From positions 14,281-78,280 of the IMG/VR virus record IMGVR_UViG_3300001846_000239: a stretch of 64,000 nt of DNA. One strand, 5' to 3'. This document shows, piece after piece, positions 9,691-18,844 of the stretch (its first letter is position 1; every line of letters starts with the position of its first letter). The DNA is from a virus. The notes below the pieces were generated by a model that was not told where the DNA came from, did no database searches, and saw only the letters and a program-made list of their open reading frames with translations. A program made the translations under genes and the position numbers.

Positions 9691-10356
9691 ATGAAAATAT
9701 CAAGTGAAACTATTAGTATCCTCAAAAACTTTGCGGGTATCAATTCGAATCTAGTCTTTAAACCTGGAAAGGAACTCAAGACTATTTCCGAAGCAAAAAC
9801 AATTATGGCAAAAGCCTCTATCCTAGAAGATTTTCCAGGTGAGTTCGGTGTATACGATCTCAACGAGTTTTTGTCATTGTATAATCTTATGAATGATCCG
9901 GATCTTACATTTACAGATCACTATTTGATCATGTCCGACGGATCTCAAAAGATTAAGTATTTCTATTCTGAGGTAGACATTCTTACACAACCAAGTAAGG
10001 ATATCAATATGCCAGAGTGTGAAGTTGTATTGGATCTGACTATGGAAAACCTACAGAAGATTCAAAAAGCGGCCGCTGTTCTTGGTCACTCGGAATTGAG
10101 TTTTAGTAGTAAAGGTGGTGACGTTGTAGCATCTGTCTTTAATGAAAAAGATGCGACTGCGAATACTTTTGATATCGATCTAGGTACTACATCTACTGAA
10201 ACATTCAACTACGTCTTTAGCATCGCTAACCTTAAGATGCTTCAAGGTGATTATAAAGTATCGATTTCATCTAAGCTAATTTCTAATTGGCGCAACGCGG
10301 ATAATCCTTTAGATTATTATATCGCTTTAGAGAAATCATCAAGTTTCGGTGTATAA
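9691..10356 (+). CDS. 45: Sliding clamp gp45
   Basis: LKNFAGINSNL, FGVYDLNEFL, YYIALEK. Confidence 0.93.
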   Translation: MKISSETISILKNFAGINSNLVFKPGKELKTISEAKTIMAKASILEDFPGEFGVYDLNEFLSLYNLMNDPDLTFTDHYLIMSDGSQKIKYFYSEVDILTQPSKDINMPECEVVLDLTMENLQKIQKAAAVLGHSELSFSSKGGDVVASVFNEKDATANTFDIDLGTTSTETFNYVFSIANLKMLQGDYKVSISSKLISNWRNADNPLDYYIALEKSSSFGV

Positions 10357-10359
10357 ATA
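10352..10359 (+). promoter_or_regulatory. T4-type late promoter
   Basis: TATAAATA at end of gene 45. Confidence 0.6.
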
Positions 10360-10402
10360 AATGTGCACAGAAAAATTCTCATATACATTATGAGGATAAT
10401 GC

Positions 10403-10428
10403 GAGAAATGCCGACGGTCGGGTTTCTC
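10403..10428 (+). promoter_or_regulatory. Structured 5' leader hairpin (copy 1)
   Basis: GAGAAA-TG-CCGA-CGG-TCGG-G-TTTCTC; same architecture as 15194-15219. Confidence 0.65.
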
Positions 10429-10463
10429 AAAATTAGTCTATAAACTTTGCAAAGGAGAAGAAA

Positions 10464-10739
10464 ATGACTGAAGAAGTAAACGCAGCTGTAGATGCTGCAC
10501 CAGAGGAGCAAGTTGCTCCACAACTTTCACTACAAGATATCGCTACAGTAGTACAAGTAATTGATATTTGTTCTAAGCGTGGCGCTTTCGAAGGTAGTGA
10601 ACTAGAAGCAGTTGGCGCTGTAAGAACTCGTATTGTAGCATTCCTACAAGCGGCAGCCCCTGCTCAAGGTGAAGAAGTTTCAGAAGGTGAAGTACCTGCT
10701 GGCGACGATCTTCCTACCGAAGAAGCTGAAGTAGCTTAA
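10464..10739 (+). CDS. Conserved T4-like hypothetical protein
   Basis: SD AAGGAG; LSLQDI...IDICSKRGAF.G.EL..VG core. Confidence 0.7.
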   Translation: MTEEVNAAVDAAPEEQVAPQLSLQDIATVVQVIDICSKRGAFEGSELEAVGAVRTRIVAFLQAAAPAQGEEVSEGEVPAGDDLPTEEAEVA

Positions 10740-10754
10740 TCGAAGTAGCTTAAT

Positions 10755-10780
10755 GCGAGGGTAGCTCCCTCGCGTTTTAT
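10755..10780 (+). terminator. Intrinsic terminator
   Basis: GCGAGGG-TAGCT-CCCTCGC followed by GTTTTATT. Confidence 0.8.
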
Positions 10781-10805
10781 TAATTTTTATTATGAAGGAT
10801 ATATT

Positions 10806-11063
10806 ATGGATCGCAATGAATGTTCACGCTTAATTGAAGCGCTTCGAAAAGGTACAGTTACTGTTACCTTTCAAAAAATTGACTCTGACGAAATACGAGT
10901 CATGCCTTGTTCTCTCAACCCTGCTGTTTTAGAAGCAAATGGTGTTAAAGCCACAATTGATTCTATTAGTCCAGATTCAGACCATTTAGCGGTTTGGTCT
11001 TTGGATAAAGATGCATGGAGATCTTTCCGCGTATCAACGGTTCTTGGTTGGGAGGTACTATAA
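10806..11063 (+). CDS. WYL-like/SH3-barrel protein (DUF2693-like)
   Basis: VTVTFQKID...R.M.C...VWSLDKDAWRSFR. Confidence 0.6.
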   Translation: MDRNECSRLIEALRKGTVTVTFQKIDSDEIRVMPCSLNPAVLEANGVKATIDSISPDSDHLAVWSLDKDAWRSFRVSTVLGWEVL

Positions 11064-11998
11064 TGTCAGAATTTCTTTGGGTTGAAAAATATCGTCCACA
11101 AAAAATTCAAGATTGTATTTTACCAAAATCAATCAAGAAAACCTTTGAAGATATTGTTAGAGGAGGTGACCTACACAATATGCTTCTGACCGGAACAGCC
11201 GGCCTGGGTAAAACTACAGTTGCGAAAGCTTTGTGCAACGAACTTGAACTAGATTATCTTCTTATCAATGGATCCGAAGAATCTGGCATCGATACATTAC
11301 GTAACAAGATAAAACAATTCGCGTCTACTGTATCACTTCAAGGTGGCTATAAAGTAGTCATCTTAGATGAGGCTGATTACCTCAATGCACAATCAACACA
11401 ACCTGCTTTGCGTGGTTTCATCGAAGAGTTTTCTAACAATTGCCGTTTTATTTTGACGTGTAATTTTAAGAATCGAATCATTGATCCATTGCATTCTCGT
11501 TGTACAACAATCGAGTTTAATGTTTCTAAGAAAGATTCAGCTCCACTTTGTGGACAATTCCTTCATAGAGTTTGTGATATTCTTGAAAATGAGAATATTA
11601 CTTATGATAAAAAAGTAGTTGCTGAATTAATTATGAAACACATGCCAGATTGGCGTAAAGTTCTTAATGAACTTCAACGTTACAGTAGTAGCGGCGTTAT
11701 CGATTCAGGCATTTTAGTATCTTTATCGGAAGTATCTCTTAATGATCTTATGCTCCATCTTAAGGGAAAAAACTTTAAAGGTATGCGTCAGTGGGTGAGC
11801 AACAATATTGACTCTGAACCTGCGGCAATTTATCGTAAAATTTATGATAATATGAATGACTATATTGAACCACAAAGTATACCTCAATTGGTACTTATTT
11901 TGGCGGACTATCAATATAAAAATTCATTTGTTGCAGATCACGAACTTAATACTGTTGCTTGTCTTACTGAGGTAATGGCGGGGGTTCAATTTAAATGA
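11063..11998 (+). CDS. 44: Clamp loader large subunit gp44
   Basis: LWVEKYRP, GTAGLGKTT, DEAD, SRC; start moved to ATG 11063 (SD GGAGG). Confidence 0.95.
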   Translation: MSEFLWVEKYRPQKIQDCILPKSIKKTFEDIVRGGDLHNMLLTGTAGLGKTTVAKALCNELELDYLLINGSEESGIDTLRNKIKQFASTVSLQGGYKVVILDEADYLNAQSTQPALRGFIEEFSNNCRFILTCNFKNRIIDPLHSRCTTIEFNVSKKDSAPLCGQFLHRVCDILENENITYDKKVVAELIMKHMPDWRKVLNELQRYSSSGVIDSGILVSLSEVSLNDLMLHLKGKNFKGMRQWVSNNIDSEPAAIYRKIYDNMNDYIEPQSIPQLVLILADYQYKNSFVADHELNTVACLTEVMAGVQFK

Positions 11999-12375
11999 GC
12001 CCCTTCGATTACTTAAACGCAATCAACACAACTAAAAAGGATATTATGGTTGACGATATTGCTGAAAAGGCATATCCGGCTTTTATGGTAAATCGTGGGC
12101 TTTCGTATTTTCCAGACACTATTCTTTTTGCTAATGAAATGAATGTTAATCATCATATTGATAATAGGCTTCAGTTTGATTTTTTTATAAATATAATCAG
12201 TAAGAAGAAAAGATTCTCTAAATGGGCAAAACCTATTGATATAGATAATCTTGAACTGGTAAAAGAATATTATGGATATAGTACTGAAAAAGCTAAATCC
12301 ATTTTGCCATTACTAAATGATGCACAAATTAACGAATTGAAATTAAGGATTTACAAAGGTGGAAAACGAAAATAA
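11995..12375 (+). CDS. 62: Clamp loader small subunit gp62
   Basis: FMVNRGLSYFPDT, KKRFSKW, VKEYYGYS. Confidence 0.93.
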   Translation: MSPFDYLNAINTTKKDIMVDDIAEKAYPAFMVNRGLSYFPDTILFANEMNVNHHIDNRLQFDFFINIISKKKRFSKWAKPIDIDNLELVKEYYGYSTEKAKSILPLLNDAQINELKLRIYKGGKRK

Positions 12376-12784
12376 TACTGAAGTAAAGTGGTCTCCAGCT
12401 TCGATGCTAGAAATCACTTTAAACGAGCCCGACGATTTTTTAAAAATCAGAGAAACCCTGACACGTATTGGAGTAGCTTCTCGTAAAGATCAAAAGCTAT
12501 ACCAATCATGTCATATATTGCACAAGCAAGGTCGATATTTTATCGTACATTTTAAAGAATTGTTTTTACTAGATGGGAAACCTTCTAATTTATTGTTGAA
12601 TGATGTTCAACGTAGAAATACTATTGCCACACTGTTGGCTGACTGGGGACTAATTACTTTTGTTTCTGCGGATCAGGCTAAAGATATTGCACCACTCCGA
12701 CAAATCAAAGTAATTCCTTATAAAGAAAAAAGTCAATGGCAATTATGCCCTAAGTATAATATTGGTAATAGCAATAAGGAGTAA
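12359..12784 (+). CDS. regA: Translational repressor RegA
   Basis: DDFLKIRETLTRIG, QSCHILHKQGRYFIVHFKELF. Confidence 0.95.
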   Translation: MENENNTEVKWSPASMLEITLNEPDDFLKIRETLTRIGVASRKDQKLYQSCHILHKQGRYFIVHFKELFLLDGKPSNLLLNDVQRRNTIATLLADWGLITFVSADQAKDIAPLRQIKVIPYKEKSQWQLCPKYNIGNSNKE

Positions 12785-12791
12785 ATAGTTT

Positions 12792-13478
12792 ATGGCTATT
12801 GGTTCAACTGGAGCTGTATCATTATCCACTGTTCAAACTGAATTTGGTGGAAGTAACCCAATTGGGATTAACGAATATTATGGAGTAAACTCAGATCCAT
12901 ATAAAGTTGTGCCTAGATCTGGAACAATCTCACTGGATGATTTTTATGATACTTCAAAGCGAACTGCAGAGCTAACATTAAAAACTTCTTATGACACAAA
13001 TGCTCGTTTCGGTTGGAGTGTTTATAAAGGTTCGAGCTATATTGTATCAGAAAGCGGTCAGTCAGATTCGGGTTTTGGTAGTATCTCTCGTATCGATGGT
13101 CTTTTTAACTATGGTCCAATAACCTGTATAGTTGGAGAAGATACTTCTGAATTAAATCCTTTTAATCCAAGGTACAATATTGTAATAGGTACTCGCGGCG
13201 GTTATAATAGCGGATGGACTAGAATCGATTTTAGATATACGGCCAATTCGTATACGCACGATCATGCTAACGCCGGCACCGTTTACCAGAAAAGTATATA
13301 TAGAACTGGAGCTGATTCGTTCGTTCAAATGTCTAATACTGCGGTAAACGGGACTTACGCTTATGCTTGGATATATGGTAATGGTAGTTGGACTAGTGAC
13401 GAACTAGCTATTTTTTACTTGCTTCGAAGCGCACTAAATACTGGGTCGACCCACTATTGTTCGATAAGAGTTTATTAG
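12792..13478 (+). CDS. Virion fibre/decoration-type protein
   Basis: N-terminal SLSTVQTEFGGSNPIGINEYY...SGTISLDDFY module typical of marine phage tail-associated proteins; Gly/Ser/Tyr-rich body. Confidence 0.55.
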   Translation: MAIGSTGAVSLSTVQTEFGGSNPIGINEYYGVNSDPYKVVPRSGTISLDDFYDTSKRTAELTLKTSYDTNARFGWSVYKGSSYIVSESGQSDSGFGSISRIDGLFNYGPITCIVGEDTSELNPFNPRYNIVIGTRGGYNSGWTRIDFRYTANSYTHDHANAGTVYQKSIYRTGADSFVQMSNTAVNGTYAYAWIYGNGSWTSDELAIFYLLRSALNTGSTHYCSIRVY

Positions 13479-13488
13479 GAATTAAAAA

Positions 13489-14028
13489 ATGTATAACAGA
13501 TATGAAATTATAAGAATTGATGCGGTTGAGAATGTAATAAAAGTAAAGTTTGAAAGTGATACTTTACCTACTTATTATGATCAACAATACTATGATCCAG
13601 TTATTGGATTGTCTGAAGAAATACTAGCAGAAATTATATTTAATTTGCAAATGAAAGCAGTAAAATACGCCAGCAAATTAGAAGAAGCAGTAGAGTTTAC
13701 TCCTGAGTCAATGACAGGAGATTTAAAAGAACTTACACTAGTCGATTTGCCGGAGTTTAATCCGTTATATCAAAGAGTCGTAGAAACTTGGGAAGAAACA
13801 GAAACTACTAAAACCCAAGTATTAACCGTAACTGATTTAACGGATAGCGATAAGGCTGCATTCATTCGACAAAAGCGTAATATATTATTGGCTGATACCG
13901 ATATTGAAGCACTAGGTGATAGAACTATGAGCACTGAAATGCAAGACTATCGCGCAGCACTAAGAAATATTACTGATCAAGAAACATTTCCACAATCAGT
14001 TATCTGGCCAATTTTACCTATTGGATAA
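13489..14028 (+). CDS. Tail fibre assembly chaperone-like protein
   Basis: C-terminal R.KRN.LL..TD....D......YR.ALR.IT.Q..FP..V.WP. Confidence 0.65.
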   Translation: MYNRYEIIRIDAVENVIKVKFESDTLPTYYDQQYYDPVIGLSEEILAEIIFNLQMKAVKYASKLEEAVEFTPESMTGDLKELTLVDLPEFNPLYQRVVETWEETETTKTQVLTVTDLTDSDKAAFIRQKRNILLADTDIEALGDRTMSTEMQDYRAALRNITDQETFPQSVIWPILPIG

Positions 14029-14031
14029 GTT

Positions 14032-15063
14032 ATGGCTAAACTTAAATATTATGCGTTATGCAGTAAAAACATAAATGCTGCTAAAAGACACCTAGCTCGT
14101 ATTCCAAAAGAAGATCTAGTAATAGTTATAAACACATTGTTAGATACTGATGAAAGATGGGCATTTCATAACCAAACAGTTGCTTGGTGTGAAGCCGAAG
14201 GAATCGAGCATTACGTTACTGAAAGTGACGGAACTCCTTCTACTGGAAAAAATTCAGTATTTGATTTGTTCCTAGCTTCAGATAACGACTATATGGTACT
14301 AGTTGATGGTGATGATTTTATTACTCCCCATGGACTAGTAGTATATGACATGATAGCGCAATCGGATAATCCACCCGATGCAGTTGCCTTGGAATATCAG
14401 TATGGACTTGTTCCAAATGAAGGATATCATCCTGGTGAAGCTTGGATGCATCTTCATGGAGAAAATGTAGGTAAAGCAAATGCCGCTGATATTACAAATC
14501 CGGATCATATTCATGGGTTTGGACTAAGAATATTCCAACACCCGTATGACTGGTGGCAAAAAGCATTAGCCGGAGAATCTGTAAAGGTTTGGGATGAGTT
14601 TACTCAAGAATGTTCTGATGCGCATCAAAAATTATATACGTACGAGTATAATAATATTAATGGCTGGGAAAGTCACTTAAGAATTACTTTTTATTCTAGG
14701 CATGGTGCCACGTACAGGTTTGATCCTGAACTTTTAGTTGGTGAAGACACAATGCAATATTTTAGAATGAAGTACGATATGTCATTAGGAACTTTTGATC
14801 TAAGACATCTAAATGAAATATATCCAACATACGTATATGATCAAAGAATTGAAGGAATTGTTCGATTCGCAAATGAAAGAGATGATGGTCGCGGTTGGTT
14901 AAACTGGATGAATAAGCTCAACGATGAATTTGACAAGTGGGATGCTGCTGGTAAATTTGTCGATGTAGAAGTACCTTCAGTTGATTTACCTGATTTCGCG
15001 GATGATTATCGACCTGACACTCTTGGATTAGTTAACTATCCGCATAAAAACCCAAGATATTAA
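14032..15063 (+). CDS. Putative GT-A glycosyltransferase
   Basis: YMVLVDGDDF DxD motif, GED motif. Confidence 0.5.
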   Translation: MAKLKYYALCSKNINAAKRHLARIPKEDLVIVINTLLDTDERWAFHNQTVAWCEAEGIEHYVTESDGTPSTGKNSVFDLFLASDNDYMVLVDGDDFITPHGLVVYDMIAQSDNPPDAVALEYQYGLVPNEGYHPGEAWMHLHGENVGKANAADITNPDHIHGFGLRIFQHPYDWWQKALAGESVKVWDEFTQECSDAHQKLYTYEYNNINGWESHLRITFYSRHGATYRFDPELLVGEDTMQYFRMKYDMSLGTFDLRHLNEIYPTYVYDQRIEGIVRFANERDDGRGWLNWMNKLNDEFDKWDAAGKFVDVEVPSVDLPDFADDYRPDTLGLVNYPHKNPRY

Positions 15064-15064
15064 T

Positions 15065-15166
15065 ATGATACAAAAGATAAAAGACAAATTAAAACAGTTT
15101 CATAAGCTTATGAAATCTGGTAGACTTAGTAAAATAATAAACAAAAGTTTACAAAAAAATATTTAA
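15065..15166 (+). CDS. Small basic hypothetical peptide (33 aa)
   Basis: Read by hand: MIQKIKDKLKQFHKLMKSGRLSKIINKSLQKNI. Confidence 0.35.
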   Translation: MIQKIKDKLKQFHKLMKSGRLSKIINKSLQKNI

Positions 15167-15183
15167 ACTGGCAAGATTGCTGG

Positions 15184-15219
15184 TATAAATATATTCGGAT
15201 GCCGATGGTCGGGTCCGAA
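15184..15219 (+). promoter_or_regulatory. Late promoter plus structured leader hairpin (copy 2) of hsp20
   Basis: TATAAATA 15184-91 then TTCGGA-TG-CCGA-TGG-TCGG-G-TCCGAA 15194-219. Confidence 0.7.
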
Positions 15220-15253
15220 AAATTAACCTTGCTATATATAGGAGGAAACTAAA

Positions 15254-15709
15254 ATGGTAAGAAGTACTATGAACGTACCACGTTCACTATTCATTGGTTT
15301 TGAACCAATACTAAACGAACTCGAAAGAATCCACTCAGCTGGAAGAGCTCAAGATAATTATCCACCCCATAACGTTGTAAAGGTCGATGATGAAAACTTC
15401 ATTATTGAACTAGCGGTTGCTGGGTTCTCGGAAGAGGACATTTCAATCGAAGTCAAAGACGGAATTCTTTTAGTTCAAGGTCAAAAAGCTTTTGATGACG
15501 AACGCGAATACGCACACAAAGGTATCTCATCCCGCAAGTTTGAAAAGTCCTTCCGACTTTCTGAATTTGTCGTAATAGATGGTGCCGATCTTGTGAATGG
15601 CATACTCGTGGTGAATGCCAGGGTTGAAGTTCCAGAAGAAAGGCGTCCTAGGAAGATCGAAATCGGATCTGCTGGGGCATCAAAGAAGAAGGAATTTATT
15701 CAAGACTAA
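15254..15709 (+). CDS. hsp20: Small heat-shock protein Hsp20 (IbpA-like)
   Basis: NYPPHN, IELAVAGF, HKGISSRKF, NGIL; SD AGGAGG. Confidence 0.93.
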   Translation: MVRSTMNVPRSLFIGFEPILNELERIHSAGRAQDNYPPHNVVKVDDENFIIELAVAGFSEEDISIEVKDGILLVQGQKAFDDEREYAHKGISSRKFEKSFRLSEFVVIDGADLVNGILVVNARVEVPEERRPRKIEIGSAGASKKKEFIQD

Positions 15710-15768
15710 ATTCCGGTGAGCAGCGAATACCCAGTGGATTGTAATAATCAATTTACTGGAGTCTAACT

Positions 15769-15888
15769 ATGGGTTACATACGTAAACACAAAGAAGGCAT
15801 TAGATCTGGATTCGAAGTAGTATTATTAATGGGTGGAGTCTTAGGAATTTCTCCGTTAATTATTTACGCAGCTTCGAATACATTCTAA
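15769..15888 (+). CDS. Small membrane peptide (39 aa)
   Basis: Read by hand: MGYIRKHKEGIRSGFEVVLLMGGVLGISPLIIYAASNTF; SD GGAG; followed by terminator. Confidence 0.55.
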   Translation: MGYIRKHKEGIRSGFEVVLLMGGVLGISPLIIYAASNTF

Positions 15889-15900
15889 TTGTTGAATAAA

Positions 15901-15927
15901 ATGAGGGGGGAAACTCCCTCATTTTTG
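15901..15927 (+). terminator. Intrinsic terminator
   Basis: ATGAGGG..GAAA..CCCTCAT stem then T-run. Confidence 0.8.
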
Positions 15928-15929
15928 TG

Positions 15930-15958
15930 TGTACAATACGTTTAAAATGTGATATAAT
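15930..15958 (+). promoter_or_regulatory. Early promoter for gene 43
   Basis: TGTACA-17 nt-TATAAT. Confidence 0.8.
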
Positions 15959-15988
15959 ATGTACATATAAAATTGAAATGGCTATACT

Positions 15989-18505
15989 ATGAACACAAAA
16001 TTCTACACTAACGTTTCTCGATACGGCAACTCGCTCATGTATCGGGGTTATAAAAACGGCAAAAAGATTCAAACTAAAATAAAATACCAACCTACGTATT
16101 TTGTTAGTACCGCTAAACCTTCCGCATGGAAATCCCTAGACGGGTATAATGTAGCACCTATCAAATTTGAATCAATGCGTGAAGCTAAAGAATGGCTTCA
16201 TGTCAATAAGCAAGTTGTTGGCCGTAATATTTACGGTAACGATAAACATATTCCAGCCTTTATCAATGATGAATTTCCAGGAGAAATCAAATTTGATCGA
16301 AACTTGATTAACGTTACTACTATCGATATCGAGGTTCAATCTGATGCTGGATTCCCTGATCCAGAACATGCGGCACATGAAGTTACCGCTATCTGTATGA
16401 AAAATAATATTGATAATACCTTCTATGTTTGGGGTCTAAAAGACTATGATGTGGAAAGTAGTATCATGCAAGAAAATCGAGTTGTATACAAAAAGTGTGC
16501 AACCGAATCAGAACTCTTACTCGAATTTATTGCGCATTGGTCATTACCTTCACAATGTCCCGATGTAATTACCGGATGGAACTCTCGATTCTTTGATATG
16601 CCTTATATCATCAATCGTATTATCAAAATACATGGTGAAGAGTTTGTTCGTAGATTATCCCCTTGGGGTTTGATCGATCGTCGTGATGTGACTACAATGC
16701 AACGTAAACAAATCGCATACGATATTCAAGGTATTGCTCAAATGGATTACCTAGATTTGTTCCGTAAATTCGGTTATTCTTATGGTCCACAAGAATCTTA
16801 CAAACTTGATCATATTGCATCTGTTGTCCTTGGTGAGAAAAAACTAAGTTACGAAGAACATGGTAACTTGCATACACTTTACAAACATGATCATCAAAAG
16901 TTCATTGACTATAATATCAAAGACGTAGATTTGGTAGATCGCTTCGAGGATAAGATGGGTCTTATTACTCTAGCATTGACTATGGCCTATCGTGGTGGTG
17001 TGAACTACAGCGATGTTATGGGAACAACTGCTATTTGGGATGCGATCATATTTCGTAATCTATATGCTAATAACGTCATCATTCCATTCGGTGAAGAAAA
17101 GTTTAAAACCCCATATCCTGGTGGTTTTGTAAAAGATCCTCATGTTGGAATGCACGAATGGGTTGTATCTTTCGATCTAAACTCACTATATCCGTCTATT
17201 ATTATGCAGTACAATATGTCACCAGAAACTATTATTCCTGGTAAAGTTGCTAATATCAATGTTGAAAGTTTGCTTAGTGGCGAAGTACGACCAGTTATCG
17301 AAGATGGCGAATGCGCATCTGCTTCCGGACAATATTTCAAAACTGACAAACAAGGTATTCTTCCAAAGATTATCGATCAGATGTATAGTGAACGTGTTGT
17401 TATTAAAAAGCAAATGATCAATGCTCAACGCGAACTTGAAAAGATTGACAAAAGCGATAAACAAGAATTGTATCGAGTACAACGTGATATTGCTATTGCT
17501 GAAAACCAACAAATGTCTATTAAGATTCTACTTAATAGTCTTTATGGTGCGCTAGGTAATAAATACTTCCGATTCTTCGATCAACGTATCGCAGAAGGTA
17601 TTACGCTAACTGGTCAGTTGACAATTCGTTGGGCTGAAAAAGCAATCAATGATTATTTGAACAAGATCTTAAAAACTAACAAAGATTATGTACTAGCGAT
17701 CGACACTGATTCTGTTTATGTTTCACTAGATACACTTGTTAATGCGGTAAAACCTAAAAACCCACTTGAGTTTGTAAATACGGTTTGTCAAGAAAAACTA
17801 GAAACTGTACTTGCAGATAGCTATACTAATCTATTCGAAAGTATGGGTGGTATCGAAAACCGTATGGTAATGAAACGAGAAGCAATTGCTGACCGTGGTA
17901 TCTGGACTGCTAAGAAACGTTACATTCTAAATGTCCTTGATAACGAAGGTGTTCGATACGCAGAACCTAAACTCAAGATTATGGGCATCGAAGCTATTAA
18001 ATCTTCGACACCAGCTCCATGTCGAGAAGCACTTAAAGAAATATTCAAAACAATTATTGGCGGAACCGAACGTGATGTTCAAAAGAATATCGACTCGTTC
18101 CGAACGTATTTTAAAACACTTCCGCCACACGAAATCGCATTCCCTCGTGGAATTACAAACTTGACTCAATTCAGAGACAAGCAAACAATATACAAAAAGG
18201 GAACACCAATCCATGCTCGCGGTGGCATTTTGTATAATAAAATGTTGAAAGATTTATCATTAGATAAACAATACAACAAAATTCAAAATGGCGAGAAGAT
18301 TAAGTTCATCTATCTTCGAACACCAAATCATCTCAAGGAAAATGTAATCTCTTTCTTGGATTACCTACCTGAAGAGTTTGGTCTACATCGTTATATTGAT
18401 TATGATACTCAGTTCAATAAAACATTCTTAGATGTTATTGATCCGATACTATCAGCTGTTGGATGGAACTCAAAAGAGATTGCAACCCTTGATGAATTTT
18501 TTTAA
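15989..18505 (+). CDS. 43: Family B DNA polymerase gp43
   Basis: DIEV exonuclease I, YNIKD, FDLNSLYPSII, KILLNSLYGALG, IDTDS; uninterrupted. Confidence 0.97.
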   Translation: MNTKFYTNVSRYGNSLMYRGYKNGKKIQTKIKYQPTYFVSTAKPSAWKSLDGYNVAPIKFESMREAKEWLHVNKQVVGRNIYGNDKHIPAFINDEFPGEIKFDRNLINVTTIDIEVQSDAGFPDPEHAAHEVTAICMKNNIDNTFYVWGLKDYDVESSIMQENRVVYKKCATESELLLEFIAHWSLPSQCPDVITGWNSRFFDMPYIINRIIKIHGEEFVRRLSPWGLIDRRDVTTMQRKQIAYDIQGIAQMDYLDLFRKFGYSYGPQESYKLDHIASVVLGEKKLSYEEHGNLHTLYKHDHQKFIDYNIKDVDLVDRFEDKMGLITLALTMAYRGGVNYSDVMGTTAIWDAIIFRNLYANNVIIPFGEEKFKTPYPGGFVKDPHVGMHEWVVSFDLNSLYPSIIMQYNMSPETIIPGKVANINVESLLSGEVRPVIEDGECASASGQYFKTDKQGILPKIIDQMYSERVVIKKQMINAQRELEKIDKSDKQELYRVQRDIAIAENQQMSIKILLNSLYGALGNKYFRFFDQRIAEGITLTGQLTIRWAEKAINDYLNKILKTNKDYVLAIDTDSVYVSLDTLVNAVKPKNPLEFVNTVCQEKLETVLADSYTNLFESMGGIENRMVMKREAIADRGIWTAKKRYILNVLDNEGVRYAEPKLKIMGIEAIKSSTPAPCREALKEIFKTIIGGTERDVQKNIDSFRTYFKTLPPHEIAFPRGITNLTQFRDKQTIYKKGTPIHARGGILYNKMLKDLSLDKQYNKIQNGEKIKFIYLRTPNHLKENVISFLDYLPEEFGLHRYIDYDTQFNKTFLDVIDPILSAVGWNSKEIATLDEFF

Positions 18506-18513
18506 AATAACTA

Positions 18514-18542
18514 TGTACAATACGCAAAAAGCGTGTTATAAT
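18514..18542 (+). promoter_or_regulatory. Early promoter
   Basis: TGTACA-17 nt-TATAAT. Confidence 0.8.
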
Positions 18543-18565
18543 ATACCAATTATAGGAGAAATAAA

Positions 18566-18844
18566 ATGAAATTAATACGATTAACCTCAGGTGAGGAAAT
18601 CATTGGAAAAGTAGCAGTGTCAGATACGACTGTAACTATTAGCGATGCATTTAATATGGTTTCGACTGAACCCGGTAAAATTGGGTTTATTCCATTTATG
18701 GCATACTCTAGTGATACACAGTTCGAAGTTGACAAAAGCCATGTACTTATGATCTGTACGCCAGTCGATGAATTGGTTGATCAAATCAGAAGTATGACGT
18801 CTGGAATCGTAACACCACCAAAACAAGGAATCATTACATCATGA
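18566..18844 (+). CDS. Conserved hypothetical protein (Sm-like fold suspected)
   Basis: MKLIRLTSGEEIIGKV, similar start to 1731 ORF; SD AGGAG. Confidence 0.6.
   Translation: MKLIRLTSGEEIIGKVAVSDTTVTISDAFNMVSTEPGKIGFIPFMAYSSDTQFEVDKSHVLMICTPVDELVDQIRSMTSGIVTPPKQGIITS

Noticed and set aside
10728-10754. 13-bp tandem duplication GAAGTAGCTTAAT
   Set aside because: Only two copies, at a stop codon/terminator junction; likely a slippage duplication with no evident function.
15710-15768. Known riboswitch (glutamine, SAM-II/V, preQ1) after hsp20
   Set aside because: Consensus nucleotides of these classes could not be matched by eye; only a simple SD-overlapping hairpin is supported.
1731-18844. 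Two ORFs (1731, 18566) with similar (K/R)L(T)(N/S)GE(D/E)(L/I)I starts as a novel system
   Set aside because: This small Sm-like family is common and multi-copy in marine T4-like phages, and nothing else links the two.
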